Assembly (NCBI GenBank): GCA_001600695.1
Contig: BCKQ01000007.1
Span: 391,183-455,182, forward strand
Reading direction: 5' to 3'
Source of the DNA: Ascoidea asiatica JCM 7603
Taxonomy: Eukaryota > Fungi > Ascomycota
Length of the DNA: 64,000 bases
In this document: positions 22,279 through 33,360 of the stretch, one piece after another
Layout of the letters: every line of letters begins with the position of its first letter
Numbering within the stretch: the stretch's first letter is position 1
Notes under the pieces: model-generated
The model's database searches: none
Seen by the model: only the letters and a program-made list of their open reading frames with translations
What the model was told of the DNA's origin: nothing
Made by a program: the position numbers and the translations under genes

Positions 22279-22869
22279 TTTTTCTTGTATTTTCTTGTAA
22301 AAATATTTTTCAAACATTCATTAGTTCAAAAGTAGTAGTACAAAATCAAGATTGAACCCTTTAAAACCATCCATTTATTTTTTATTTCTTTTTAGTGTGA
22401 TAAATTGAAGTGTAGGGATGAAAAAGTAAAAAAAACCCTAAAAAAAAGAAAGAAACCACGACTTTCAAATACTTCTTCTGGTTGGAATATAATCGATTGA
22501 GTTGGTCGTGAAGCTAAGCCAAATTCTGAGCCTTTTACGATTGAAGTGTGTACATTAATTGGTGTTTTTTTAACCCGCAATCCACATCAATACCTGTGAT
22601 TCGTGGAGTGCCCCAAACAAAAAGTACAAAAAAGTCCCGCGCATAACTGGCACAACGCTAAAGCCAAGAATCCAGGCCAAGAAAAGCGTAACCCGTAATT
22701 TCACCTTCCATCAAATCCACGGGTCACCAGCCACGATACACTAACAGTTTTAGTTCCGGGAAGCCTTTGCGTTTTTCAATCTAGACCCCCAGTTCCGGTC
22801 AACTCTTCCTCTCACTTCCGGGAAATTCCTGATGCAATTGTGTACTTGCCCGATTAGGTGTTCAATGAT

Positions 22870-22893
22870 CTAAAGTGAATATATTCACTTTAG
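22870..22893. repeat. Perfect 24-bp palindrome
   Basis: CTAAAGTGAATATATTCACTTTAG equals its own reverse complement. Confidence 0.8.
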
Positions 22894-23739
22894 TTATTCT
22901 AAGCATTGCTTTCACCAGTACAAATCTGTAGCTGTGCTAAATATACGGGCTCATCCATCGATATTAAATTTGAAAAAGACCATTTAGTAATTTTATTCAA
23001 ATAAAATCAAATCAATATATTCAAATACAAATTTTAAAGTATCTTTATTGTTTTTTAAGTAAAAGAATTCAATGAACAATGTTCAATCATTAGATTACTT
23101 GGCTGTGATCTAAATATCTTATTCGATCTCTTTGTATGGGCTATTCTTATTCTTCTGCGTTTTTGTAATAATTATACAGTAGTGTTTTGTAGCGTTGGGG
23201 AATTTTACTGTAATGTGGTTCCTATCATGCCATGCATTTTATACACTGATTTAAAAACAAAAGCAATATTTCCAAATTTCACTTTTAATTTCAAATTCTA
23301 CTTGACTTTTTTGACTTTTTTTTTTCTATTTTACTGGTTAAATTTGACGATCCGAAAACAGAAACCATATTTTACTATTAGTAGATAATCTAATTATCAT
23401 AATCTCATATAATATCTTATAATATCTTATAATATTATATAATTTTTATATTTATTATCATTAATTATATGTGGCGTATTTTATAAGCTAATTTTTCATT
23501 GATTTTTATAATCATTTATTCCATTATCAATACTATTTTTTTTTATATAGAATTTTTTACTCTATTGTAATTTGTATCATTTTATTCTAAAATATTTCTT
23601 TATCAACTAATAATCATTAATTATATTTTGTAAATCATTTCATATTACTTTATTTCAATTTCTAAATTTACAAATTATTAGATATTTTATAAAATACCCA
23701 TTTAATCAATCCTAGATTATAAATTCTATTATATATAAA

Positions 23740-25119
23740 ATGTCTACTAATATAGATTCTTATAATCATAATTATTCTCCTATTCAAAATGAAATTTTAA
23801 ATCATTCAATTATAAATAATGTTCAACTTGAAAAACAAATGAAAATTCTTCAACATAAAATTCAAATTATTGAAAATGATCAACAACTATTAGAAAAACA
23901 AGTTAAAAAAAAATTTGCAGGAATTAAAGATACTAATTTATTGTCAATTATTAATTCAAATAATAATAATAATCAAATTATTCAACCTGCTGATTTAAAT
24001 TTAAAAACTTATTCTTCATTATCTGGTCATAATGAAGAAATTCAATGTATTACTTGGGCAAGAGATTCAAAACATCTTTTAACTGCAGATGTAGCTCATA
24101 GAATGTTATATTGGGATGCAACTTCTGGTTTTAAATTATGTATAATGCGTTTAAATCCAACTGAATATACGATGTCTTCTGCGATTTCTCCAGATTCAAG
24201 ATTAGTTGCTTCTGGTTCTTTAGATAATAAATGTTCTGTATTTAGATTACCTGATTTCAATTTTTTATACTCCCATAATGTTTCAAATAATATTAATAAT
24301 AAAGAACCAAATGGAAACTCTATTCAATTAAAAAATTTAATGACTCCTTCAATATTAACTGTTTTAAAATTTAAAGATAATCAAGGTTCAATATCTTCTT
24401 GTCATTTTATTGATAATAATTCTTTATTAAATTCTTCTGCAAAAAAAATATCTCTTTGGGATTTAAATAAAAGTATAGCAAAAGTTGAATATGAAGAAAA
24501 TATATCTGAAATTTTATCTTTAGAAACAAATTTTGAAAATCCGAATCCTTCAAATGAAAATAAAAATTTATTCATTGCAGGTGGTATACGAAGTTCTGTA
24601 AGAATATATGATTATAGAATAGAGAATGCAATTTTAAAACATAAAATACCTGGAGACAAAGATCCTCATAATCAAAGAAGATTTTATAATGATGTAACTG
24701 CTGTTAAATTTTTACCAAATGATAATTATTATGCTGTTGGAACTTCAACAAGAGAAGTATATATATATGATTTAAGAGTTGGACCTGTTGAATTACAAAA
24801 ATTCACAACTCCTGATGAATATAAACCAAGAAATACAATGAATGATTATAATATAAGTTATGGTGGAAATGGAAGTCCTTCAATACTCACTCTTTCTTCT
24901 GATTTCGATGATGATGGAATCATGGATATCAATTTCAGTAATTCTGGAAGATTAATGTTTACTTCTGTAGATAATATTGGTGGTTTAATCTGGGATATAT
25001 TCACTGGAAAAGTAATTCAGCAGTTGCCAACCACTCGTCATATGAGAATCAGTCCTGATGGTCTTGGTTTAGCTGCAGATACAAATAAAAATGCTGTAAA
25101 TATTTGGGCTCCATCATAA
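23740..25119 (+). CDS. Heterotrimeric G-protein beta subunit-like WD40 protein (divergent Ste4-like)
   Basis: N-terminal coiled coil; LSGH..I..WARDSKHLL..WDATSG.K; AISP..LVASGSLDN; YDLR; FSNSGRLMF; ISPDGL. Many canonical residues are altered. Confidence 0.78.
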   Translation: MSTNIDSYNHNYSPIQNEILNHSIINNVQLEKQMKILQHKIQIIENDQQLLEKQVKKKFAGIKDTNLLSIINSNNNNNQIIQPADLNLKTYSSLSGHNEEIQCITWARDSKHLLTADVAHRMLYWDATSGFKLCIMRLNPTEYTMSSAISPDSRLVASGSLDNKCSVFRLPDFNFLYSHNVSNNINNKEPNGNSIQLKNLMTPSILTVLKFKDNQGSISSCHFIDNNSLLNSSAKKISLWDLNKSIAKVEYEENISEILSLETNFENPNPSNENKNLFIAGGIRSSVRIYDYRIENAILKHKIPGDKDPHNQRRFYNDVTAVKFLPNDNYYAVGTSTREVYIYDLRVGPVELQKFTTPDEYKPRNTMNDYNISYGGNGSPSILTLSSDFDDDGIMDINFSNSGRLMFTSVDNIGGLIWDIFTGKVIQQLPTTRHMRISPDGLGLAADTNKNAVNIWAPS

Positions 25120-25453
25120 TTGTTACCTTAATTTTTATTTTTATTTTTATTTTTGTTAACTTTTACTGTTTTTTTATTGTCTGTTGTTCACTAACTTCAT
25201 TGAGTTTCCTTGTCTTTTTTTTATTATTCAAAAGTATAATTATTAATCATTTTCTTTTCTTGAAATGCCTGTTTGCTCTTTCTTTCTTTCTTTCAATTTT
25301 TTTTCTATTGTTTTCTACATTTTCTTCTTTTTTTTGAGATTAATTTAGTTTTTACATAGGATATCTACAGTAATTTACTTCCACGAATGTTTTTTTTTTC
25401 TTATTTCACGTTAAATCATTTATTGTATGTATTTATTTTTTAATTTTTTTTTT

Positions 25454-26842
25454 TCAAATCTTATATTGCTGATAATCCCTTTCTTCTAACTGTCCATTGA
25501 AAAATTTTTCTAATTTTGTACAAATTTTACTATAATATTGATTTTTTATATTATATGTTCTACAATTTTTAAGAATTAATTTCACATCAGAAACAAATTG
25601 TTCAAATTTTTCATAAATTCCATTTTCTAATTTTTCTTCCATTGTTGAAAAATCCATTGGTTCTTTAATTATTGAAAAATACCCAGGAGCTTCTTTTTCT
25701 GTAACTGGAGCTAAAAATGGTCCAGAAACTGGATGACTTTGTAATTCTGCTAAAATATCTTCCATATGTTCATAAAATGAACCTTTTTTAGGTTTTTGTG
25801 CTAAATTATCCATTTCTAAAGTCCATCCAGTTTCTTTAAGTCCAGGAATTAACATTGGATCAATTTTTGCATTTGGATTATCTTTAAAGATTTTTAAACC
25901 AGGTCTAATAATATTTGAAGAATTTTTATGATTCATAGATTTAATTTTTTGTTCAATTGCCATTTTTTGTAATACTAAAATCTTTTGAGAATCAAGATAT
26001 CTAATTTTTGGAACAATTGTACATTGCATAAGTTTTACACCTTCATAATTTTTTATATATCCATCCCATAATTTTTTATCTAAAGTAACTTTTTTAGTAA
26101 AACCTTGTTTTTGAAAATAACCAACAGCAGAATTATCAGCACAAGTTAAAATATGTTTAATTTTTGTTCTGGAAGTGATATAATCTTTTAAATGATTCAT
26201 TAATAAAGCTCCATCACCTCTTCTTTGAGCTGTAGATGAAACTGCACAAAATGCAATTTCTGCAAAACCTTTTGATTCAAATGGTCTATATGTTATTCCA
26301 CCAAATACTTCCAATTGTTTTCTTATTAAAGCTATAGATATATGATTTTTATCGTAAATCAATCTTGATATATATTGAGGAGGCATTTCAGGTAATTGTT
26401 TATGAAATACATTTTTAAGACCAGTGATAATCTTCAAACTTTCTTCAGAATCATCATTATTTACAACTTTGAATTCTATATCACCTTTTTTTTCTTCAAC
26501 CACTGCTACTTTTTCATTAAAACTATAAATATTCTTACCAGGAAGTTTTACATTATAAGTAACTGAAATGTTTTGAGGATCATCAGATTTTACTTCTTCT
26601 ATTTCAATTTTATTATAAAGTGGATTTTTATCTAATAATGTATCTTTTTTTTTTAATTCAAGTGATTCACTTAACTTATCTTCTTCTTTATCTTTGATTT
26701 TATTACTATCATATTTGAAATCAGATTTTATTCCAGTTTTATTTTCTTCATTATTGATTTTTTTTTCAATTTTTAGTTTTTTATTTGAAATTTCTTCATT
26801 GATTAATGATTCATCCTCAATTTCTCTTTTGATATGATGCAT
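25454..26842 (-). CDS. GCN5: Gcn5-type histone acetyltransferase (GNAT + bromodomain), divergent
   Basis: IEFKVVNND; KQLPEMP; GGITYRPF; FAEIAFCA; LMNHLKDY; GYFQKQGF; bromodomain PF..PV..Y..IIKEPMD..NCRTYN. May be a paralog rather than the ortholog. Confidence 0.8.
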   Translation of the reverse strand: MHHIKREIEDESLINEEISNKKLKIEKKINNEENKTGIKSDFKYDSNKIKDKEEDKLSESLELKKKDTLLDKNPLYNKIEIEEVKSDDPQNISVTYNVKLPGKNIYSFNEKVAVVEEKKGDIEFKVVNNDDSEESLKIITGLKNVFHKQLPEMPPQYISRLIYDKNHISIALIRKQLEVFGGITYRPFESKGFAEIAFCAVSSTAQRRGDGALLMNHLKDYITSRTKIKHILTCADNSAVGYFQKQGFTKKVTLDKKLWDGYIKNYEGVKLMQCTIVPKIRYLDSQKILVLQKMAIEQKIKSMNHKNSSNIIRPGLKIFKDNPNAKIDPMLIPGLKETGWTLEMDNLAQKPKKGSFYEHMEDILAELQSHPVSGPFLAPVTEKEAPGYFSIIKEPMDFSTMEEKLENGIYEKFEQFVSDVKLILKNCRTYNIKNQYYSKICTKLEKFFNGQLEERDYQQYKI

Positions 26843-26987
26843 TTACTCTAGACTCAGATTAAACAATCACAGCTACTTAAAAGACTTTTGATAAACAGAT
26901 TATAATGATTTTATAAAACAACTTGATTCAAAGCAAATTCAATTCATTTATGAGATTGTTGGCTGACAGTGCTGCTTTTTTATCGTG

Positions 26988-27319
26988 ATTTTGTGACGTT
27001 CAAATTCTTTTTTGCAGGCAAATTTTTTTTTTATATGGCGAAATTTGAAACTCTCTGAGGTTCTGAGAAACTTCACAGCCTTAAAGGATGATTTATTTTT
27101 ACAAAATTGAGCATTATAAAGAAGAGTGATAAATCCATGAAAAGTAAAAAAGAACAAGTATTTCATATAACTTATCAAATGGTTTATATTAGTTATTGAT
27201 GAAGTCTGAGCAATATAGTGTATATAATATAATACAGTGTACAAGACGTTGCTTATATAACTTATATAAACAGACACAAACCAAATTCAAAAAACTAACT
27301 ACATCTCCATGCCACAAAT
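26988..27319. promoter_or_regulatory. MSE-like (Ndt80/Sum1) sites upstream of the GCN5-like gene
   Basis: GTCACAAAAT (minus strand, 26988-26997); GACACAAA (27273-27280); GCCACAAAT (27311-27319). Confidence 0.45.
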
Positions 27320-27677
27320 GAGTAATCAAAATAAGTGGAAAATGGAATCGATTGAGATATTATATAAAACTGTAAATAAAAACCATAAAATTAAAAGTCA
27401 AATGAAACAAACTAAGAAAACATAAGCCCTAAAGAAAGTATTGAATTAATAAAGAAAAATAAAGAAAAAAATAAAATATAACAAATCTCAAAAACCCTTA
27501 GAATTCTTGAAAAAATATATTAAAACACAAAGATAAATAAAACAGAAATAAGAAATAACAACTATCATTTAGCTGATTTTAATAATACAAAAAAACTAAC
27601 CCAATTGAAAAATTTTATAAAGAAAGAAAACAAAATTAAAAGAAAAGAAAAAAGATAAAAAGGGATTATTAGTAAAA

Positions 27678-29567
27678 TTACCAATCTTCTACAAACAAAC
27701 CAACTTTAGCTTTTGGGTCTGGTTTCAGACTATCCAATTTATTATCAAGTACATCATTTGCATTATCAGAAGTTGAAATATTTTTATTTAATTCTTTATT
27801 TGTATTTACATCTTTTATTTCATTTTCTAAATTATTCTCGATAATATTATTAGTTGGAGATTCAACATTTATTGAAGATTCATCTTGGATTGGAATTTTA
27901 GGCATAACTAATTCTTTATAATCTTCCAATTCTTTTCTTAATTTTGCAGATAATTTATTTTCTTCTAAATCATATTCATTTAGAATTTTTGATTTTTCAT
28001 TATCTAAAGTAATTTTCAATTCTTTTTCTTCAATTTTTAAATTTTTTAGAATTAATTGATTTTCATTTAATATTGATTTTTTTTCATCAATTAAATTATT
28101 AATTTTTAAATTTTTTTCATTTTTTAAATTTAAAATTTCTAATTTTTTTGATTTTTTATCATCTTTTTTTTCTTCTTTTAATAGATTTGAAATTCTAATT
28201 TGTTCTTGTTTTAATCTTAATTTTTCTTCTTTAATTAATCTTTGTTCTTCATTATATTGAAAATCTAATTTTTTTTGAGTATTAACTCTTTCATTAATAT
28301 CATTTAAAATTGGATTAACATTTTTTAAAGCCATATTATTAATTTCATCATGAGATAAATATAAACCAGCACCAATATCAATTTTATTTTTATTTGGATT
28401 TGAATTTCTTTCTTTTGCTAAATCCATTGCAACTTTAATTGCATGTGCATTTAATTCTGGATTACCAAAAATATAATTAGTTGAATGATCTTTATTAATA
28501 TTATTAATTCTTTCTTTTGCTAAAATTTCAGCTTGAATTAAAACAGAATTATTAAGTTTTGAATATTTATAAATATCAGAATTATCTTTTTTAATATTTT
28601 TAGTTGCATGAATTGCACTACTTTTAATATGATTATCAATATTATCATTAGAGTTTGTTGAAAAATTAGTTTGTAAACCAGTTCTATAATTAGTTTTTGG
28701 AGTTGATAATCTTTGATTTAAAGAAACATCAGCTTTTGAAAGAGCTTTTTGATGTAAAGTATTAATATTATAATTACTACTATCATTGATTATTGATTTG
28801 GCATTTGATGTTGAAGTTGAAGAAGATGATGAATATGATGAAGATTTATTAAGATTTGAAAAAGATTTAGCAGCATTTAAAGCACCTAAAGAATTTGAAG
28901 AAGATGGTTTTTGATTTTTTAATAAATTTTGATGAATTCTAATTTGATTATTTAAAGATTTAACAGAATTTAATCTTGCTTTAATTGCAGCATTTTCAGC
29001 ACCATAAAAATAATTTATATTTTCATTTGAATTTTCATTATTTATATTTGAATTTGGATCCCATTTAATAGGAATTTTAGTATTATGTTTTGCATTAATT
29101 GCAGCAGAAGAAGATAAGAAATTATCAGGATCAATTGAATTTATATAATTTGAATTTGAATTTATTGTAGAAGTTGAATTTGTATTTGAATTTCTTACAG
29201 CAGAATTTGAAGCATTTGAAGCTTGAATTGAAGAATTTTTATCAATTTTATATGGTTTAAAATTATTATTTAAATTTTTTGGAATTGAATTAATTGCAGA
29301 TAAAGCAGCAAAATTTGTACTTTTTTTATCTGGTAAACCAATTGTTGGTTTATCAGGATTATTATAAATACCATATTTTAAATTTGATTGATAAATTGCA
29401 GCTTTTGATAAATTTTTACTATTATTTTTATAATTTGGATTATTTATAATTGAAATATTATTATTATTATTATTTGAAGAGACTGAAGATGTTGATGTTG
29501 ATGATGATATTGGTAATTTTGAAAAATCTATTGGATTTAAATTTGAATGTGATTTTAATTCAGACAT
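27678..29567 (-). CDS. EIS1: Eisosome protein Eis1-like
   Basis: LSKAAIYQSNLKYGIY; IDIGAGLYLSHDEINNMA.K.V.PIL.DI.ER eisosome motif; coiled coil; C-terminal GLFVE. Confidence 0.72.
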   Translation of the reverse strand: MSELKSHSNLNPIDFSKLPISSSTSTSSVSSNNNNNNISIINNPNYKNNSKNLSKAAIYQSNLKYGIYNNPDKPTIGLPDKKSTNFAALSAINSIPKNLNNNFKPYKIDKNSSIQASNASNSAVRNSNTNSTSTINSNSNYINSIDPDNFLSSSAAINAKHNTKIPIKWDPNSNINNENSNENINYFYGAENAAIKARLNSVKSLNNQIRIHQNLLKNQKPSSSNSLGALNAAKSFSNLNKSSSYSSSSSTSTSNAKSIINDSSNYNINTLHQKALSKADVSLNQRLSTPKTNYRTGLQTNFSTNSNDNIDNHIKSSAIHATKNIKKDNSDIYKYSKLNNSVLIQAEILAKERINNINKDHSTNYIFGNPELNAHAIKVAMDLAKERNSNPNKNKIDIGAGLYLSHDEINNMALKNVNPILNDINERVNTQKKLDFQYNEEQRLIKEEKLRLKQEQIRISNLLKEEKKDDKKSKKLEILNLKNEKNLKINNLIDEKKSILNENQLILKNLKIEEKELKITLDNEKSKILNEYDLEENKLSAKLRKELEDYKELVMPKIPIQDESSINVESPTNNIIENNLENEIKDVNTNKELNKNISTSDNANDVLDNKLDSLKPDPKAKVGLFVEDW

Positions 29568-30645
29568 TTTTGAAAATGTTTATTATGATTTATTATTATT
29601 GATAGATAAGGATTGATAAGGATCGATAAGGAATATAAGTAATTTGAATAATTGAATAATTGAATGAATGGGGAACGAATAAAAGAATAAAACCTTTTGA
29701 TATTTGATTCAAGTTCTTTTTCAAGTAAGTTATTTGAATACTCAATTGATTAATATAATAAAATAAAATAAAGGAATTGATTTGAATAAAATATAATATA
29801 ATATATAAATTACTTCAATTCAATAAATACTAAATGAGTATTAAATTTGAGTATTAAATTCAAAATATATTTGCTGGATGAGTCTGGAACTGGAGCTGGG
29901 AAATGAAACGAGCGAAAGCAACTTCAGTTCGCAAACACAGGAACACGCGGCTGCGGAAACACATCCAGGCACGGATTATATAGTCATGTGACATTGCTAA
30001 CGTATGTTACATAACTCGAGTTACGTAACGTCAAAAAAAAAGGAAAACAACCAGCACCTGGAAAATGACCAAAACGCAGGTGCAACGCAAGTCAAAGGTG
30101 TTTACGCAAGTCTGCAGCGCGCAATTTCATGACAAGAACCGAGCAATCCGAGCTAGTAAAAAAGGAAATACCCTCGAGCTGCTATTTCCAAAACCGGGAA
30201 ATGCGGCTGGTGCTATTATTACTGTAACTATTATTTTGATTATAATCACTGCACGTGCTGTGTTATTTAATAAAGTCATAAGTCCGCCATTATTTCCTCT
30301 TCTGACACACACGCAGCTTCGAAGATTCACAAGAAGCAAAAAAATCACTTTTTATTCAAACTCCATCACAAGTGAAAAGCTTTTTAAATCTTCTCACAGG
30401 TCAAAAATCCAATTAACCTCTCAAAGTTATAAAACTTCATTCAGTTTCTATTAATCTATCTAAGCAAAAAATGAAAAAAAAATGAAAATAATCAAAGATA
30501 AATTGAAAATAATTAGCATTTGAAACTTTATAGCAAACCACACTGGAAAAAATAAACAAAGAAGAAGAGAACGAAGAAAAAACAAATCATATTTATCAAA
30601 ATCATGGAGTCAAAAAAATATATTACCAAATTAGTTATAGCTAAC

Positions 30646-32553
30646 TTAATTTGAGAAAAAACTTAAAAATTCTTCATCATTTTCATATTCACTTAAAAAT
30701 GCACCTAAACTACCTAAATAACTTTCATGTCTTAAAAAATATGCTTTTTTATTACCATTTGACCAAAATTTAATTGCATATGTTAAAGTTCTAATAGTAA
30801 TTAAATGATTTCTAATATAACTACCTGCAAAAAATATTTTTTTTAAATTATGTTTTTCTGCTAATAAATATGATATTTGTCCAATATTATTTGAAATTCC
30901 AAATAATAATGATTTTGAAATATCTTCTTGTTTAAATTTACTTAATCTATTGAATTGTGTTAATGATGGATATATATTTTCTTCTTTTCTATGATGTTCA
31001 TCTTCATCATCATCTTCATCCTCTTCATCATCCACTTCTTCGTCTTGTCCTTTATCTATTTCATTATTCATTTTGTTATTTGTATTTGAATATTTATCAA
31101 GATTAGATATTGAACTAGATATTGAATTTGTATCAATATCAAAATCATCAAAATTACTTGTACTATCCGTATTCAAATTTAAGCTCATACTAGTATTCAT
31201 ATTTATACCACTATTCATATTCATATTCATATTCATATTTTTATATTTAATATCATTTCCAATACTTATATCATTATTTATATTCATATTACCTTTTGAA
31301 TTGTTTTTTTTATTACTTTTTGACATCACCGGTATATTTTCTTTATTTAAAGTATTAATAGTAGTATTATTTTTATTATCATCATCATTATCATCATTCA
31401 ATTTACCAGTAACTTTTTTAAAAACTTTACCAAAACTTGAAGCAATAGTTGTTGATTTTAAACCAATTTTATTATAATCTGTACCATAAATATCTCCAAC
31501 TAACATATCAACATTTTCATTATTACCTTCTGAAGCCATTAATAACATATCATCATAACTTTTTGCATTTGTTAATAATGATAAAAGTCCCCATAATGTA
31601 CCTCCACCAATTGATGAACCTCCAATTCTAATAAATTCAGTTGGTGATGTAACTTTAATCATTGAAACTCCAGATCCTATATTACATAATAAATATGGAT
31701 AAATTGATTCATTTTCTTCTTCAAGAGAAATTTTTTTAAGTTCTTTTAAATTTTTTTCATTAAAAAAACTATTTGCATTTGAATTTAAATTATCATCATA
31801 AATAAAAATTTCTTTTGGTATATTATTAATTAAAAAATTTAATCCATATATTAAGCATTTCATTTCATCTGCAGCTTTTAAATATGGCTTAAAATCTTTA
31901 TCTTTATCATTATCATTATCTTTATCTTTATCTTTATCATTATCATTATCGTTTTTGATTTCATTGAATTGTTTTAATTGTAATTCTTCACATAATTTAT
32001 TACTAAATTTTATTGCACCACCACCAGTTGCAATAACATTAACATTATTATTTATAAATATATTACTATTACTATTACTACTGTCACTGTTATTATCATT
32101 TTGATTGTTAACTTGTTGAATTAATTTTTTTAAATAGTTCACAAAATCATCAATTCTTTCAGTTTCGATTTTATAAAATTTCAATCTACCACCACCATTA
32201 TTGTTATTATTATTATTTAACTCAATATTCAAATCAGAATTTGAATTAGAGTTTGAATTGGAACTTGAATTAGAATTTGAATTTGATTGAGTTTTATAAA
32301 AATGAACAACTTTAGCTAATGAACCTCCGATATCAATAGCAATATGATGAATATTATTAGATTGAAATGGTAAAATTATATCCTTTGGTCTTCTTATTTT
32401 AATCTTCTGTTTCAGAATTGATTTACTCTTGTTTCTTTTTACTTTACTTAAATTGACTCCAGTATTATTAGTGGAATTGTTATTATGATGATCGAGAATA
32501 TAGGCACCTTGAACATTGAACTCGTGAGTTTCAGAAGAACTTGAATTAGACAT
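30646..32553 (-). CDS. CAB1: Pantothenate kinase (type II / Fumble)
   Basis: AIDIGGSLAK; ATGGGA; YPYLLCNIGSGVS; GGSSIGGGTLWGL; FLRHESYLGSLGAF; long Asn/Asp insertions. Confidence 0.93.
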   Translation of the reverse strand: MSNSSSSETHEFNVQGAYILDHHNNNSTNNTGVNLSKVKRNKSKSILKQKIKIRRPKDIILPFQSNNIHHIAIDIGGSLAKVVHFYKTQSNSNSNSSSNSNSNSNSDLNIELNNNNNNNGGGRLKFYKIETERIDDFVNYLKKLIQQVNNQNDNNSDSSNSNSNIFINNNVNVIATGGGAIKFSNKLCEELQLKQFNEIKNDNDNDKDKDKDNDNDKDKDFKPYLKAADEMKCLIYGLNFLINNIPKEIFIYDDNLNSNANSFFNEKNLKELKKISLEEENESIYPYLLCNIGSGVSMIKVTSPTEFIRIGGSSIGGGTLWGLLSLLTNAKSYDDMLLMASEGNNENVDMLVGDIYGTDYNKIGLKSTTIASSFGKVFKKVTGKLNDDNDDDNKNNTTINTLNKENIPVMSKSNKKNNSKGNMNINNDISIGNDIKYKNMNMNMNMNSGINMNTSMSLNLNTDSTSNFDDFDIDTNSISSSISNLDKYSNTNNKMNNEIDKGQDEEVDDEEDEDDDEDEHHRKEENIYPSLTQFNRLSKFKQEDISKSLLFGISNNIGQISYLLAEKHNLKKIFFAGSYIRNHLITIRTLTYAIKFWSNGNKKAYFLRHESYLGSLGAFLSEYENDEEFLSFFSN

Positions 32554-33360
32554 TATTATTACTATTATTATGAATTGAAACAGAGTCTTTATTACTGAAT
32601 TTGATTATGAAAATGAATATATGATGGAATTAAGTTAAAAGGCGAGAGAATTGTCTTTATTTATTTATTTTCTAAAAGTATTTCTAAATGTATTTCTAAA
32701 TATATTCTTAATTATATCAATCAATGGCAAATCACTGGCTTATCTGTAGTCTATGGGAATAAATAAATATCTAACTCAATTGCAGTTCAATGAAAACAAA
32801 CTATGACTCAAAATCAATCGCTCCTCAAATAGAACTCAAACCCAACTGATTCTAACTATCTTAATTTGTTATTTAATTATATATTTATTTGATTATATTT
32901 ATATATTTATATATTTATTTGATTCTTTCTTTCTTTGCTGCTCTCATTGCCTTCTCTCTCTCTCTCTCTTCTTTCTTCTCTTTGCCTGGGAACGACCGTT
33001 TTCGTCTTGGTCTTCGTTTCGTTTTCCCTGCCACGGCCCAACACCCACCAATTCCACTTTTGCTTCCTTCGGCCCTGCCTTAAAAACTCACCCACAAAAA
33101 ACTCGGTTTTGCCTGTTTTTTGATCGTTTCGATGATGCTGATGGTTTTGATGGTTTTGATGAATTAAAAAGATTAAGAAACTGTCAAATAAACTGCAAAT
33201 TGCCTACTGAAAAGTTGTTCATTACAAATTATTATTCATATTCATTATAGATTATATACATATTGCTTGACATATATGTATATTTATATAGATATAGAGA
33301 GATATAGAAATAGAGGTAGAGAAATAGAGAAGTACTGAAAAAAAATTATGTAATTTCAAA

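Noticed and set aside
30065-30454. 129-aa ATG ORF between EIS1 and CAB1
   Set aside because: Atypical codon use and no recognisable homology; lies in promoter/terminator DNA.
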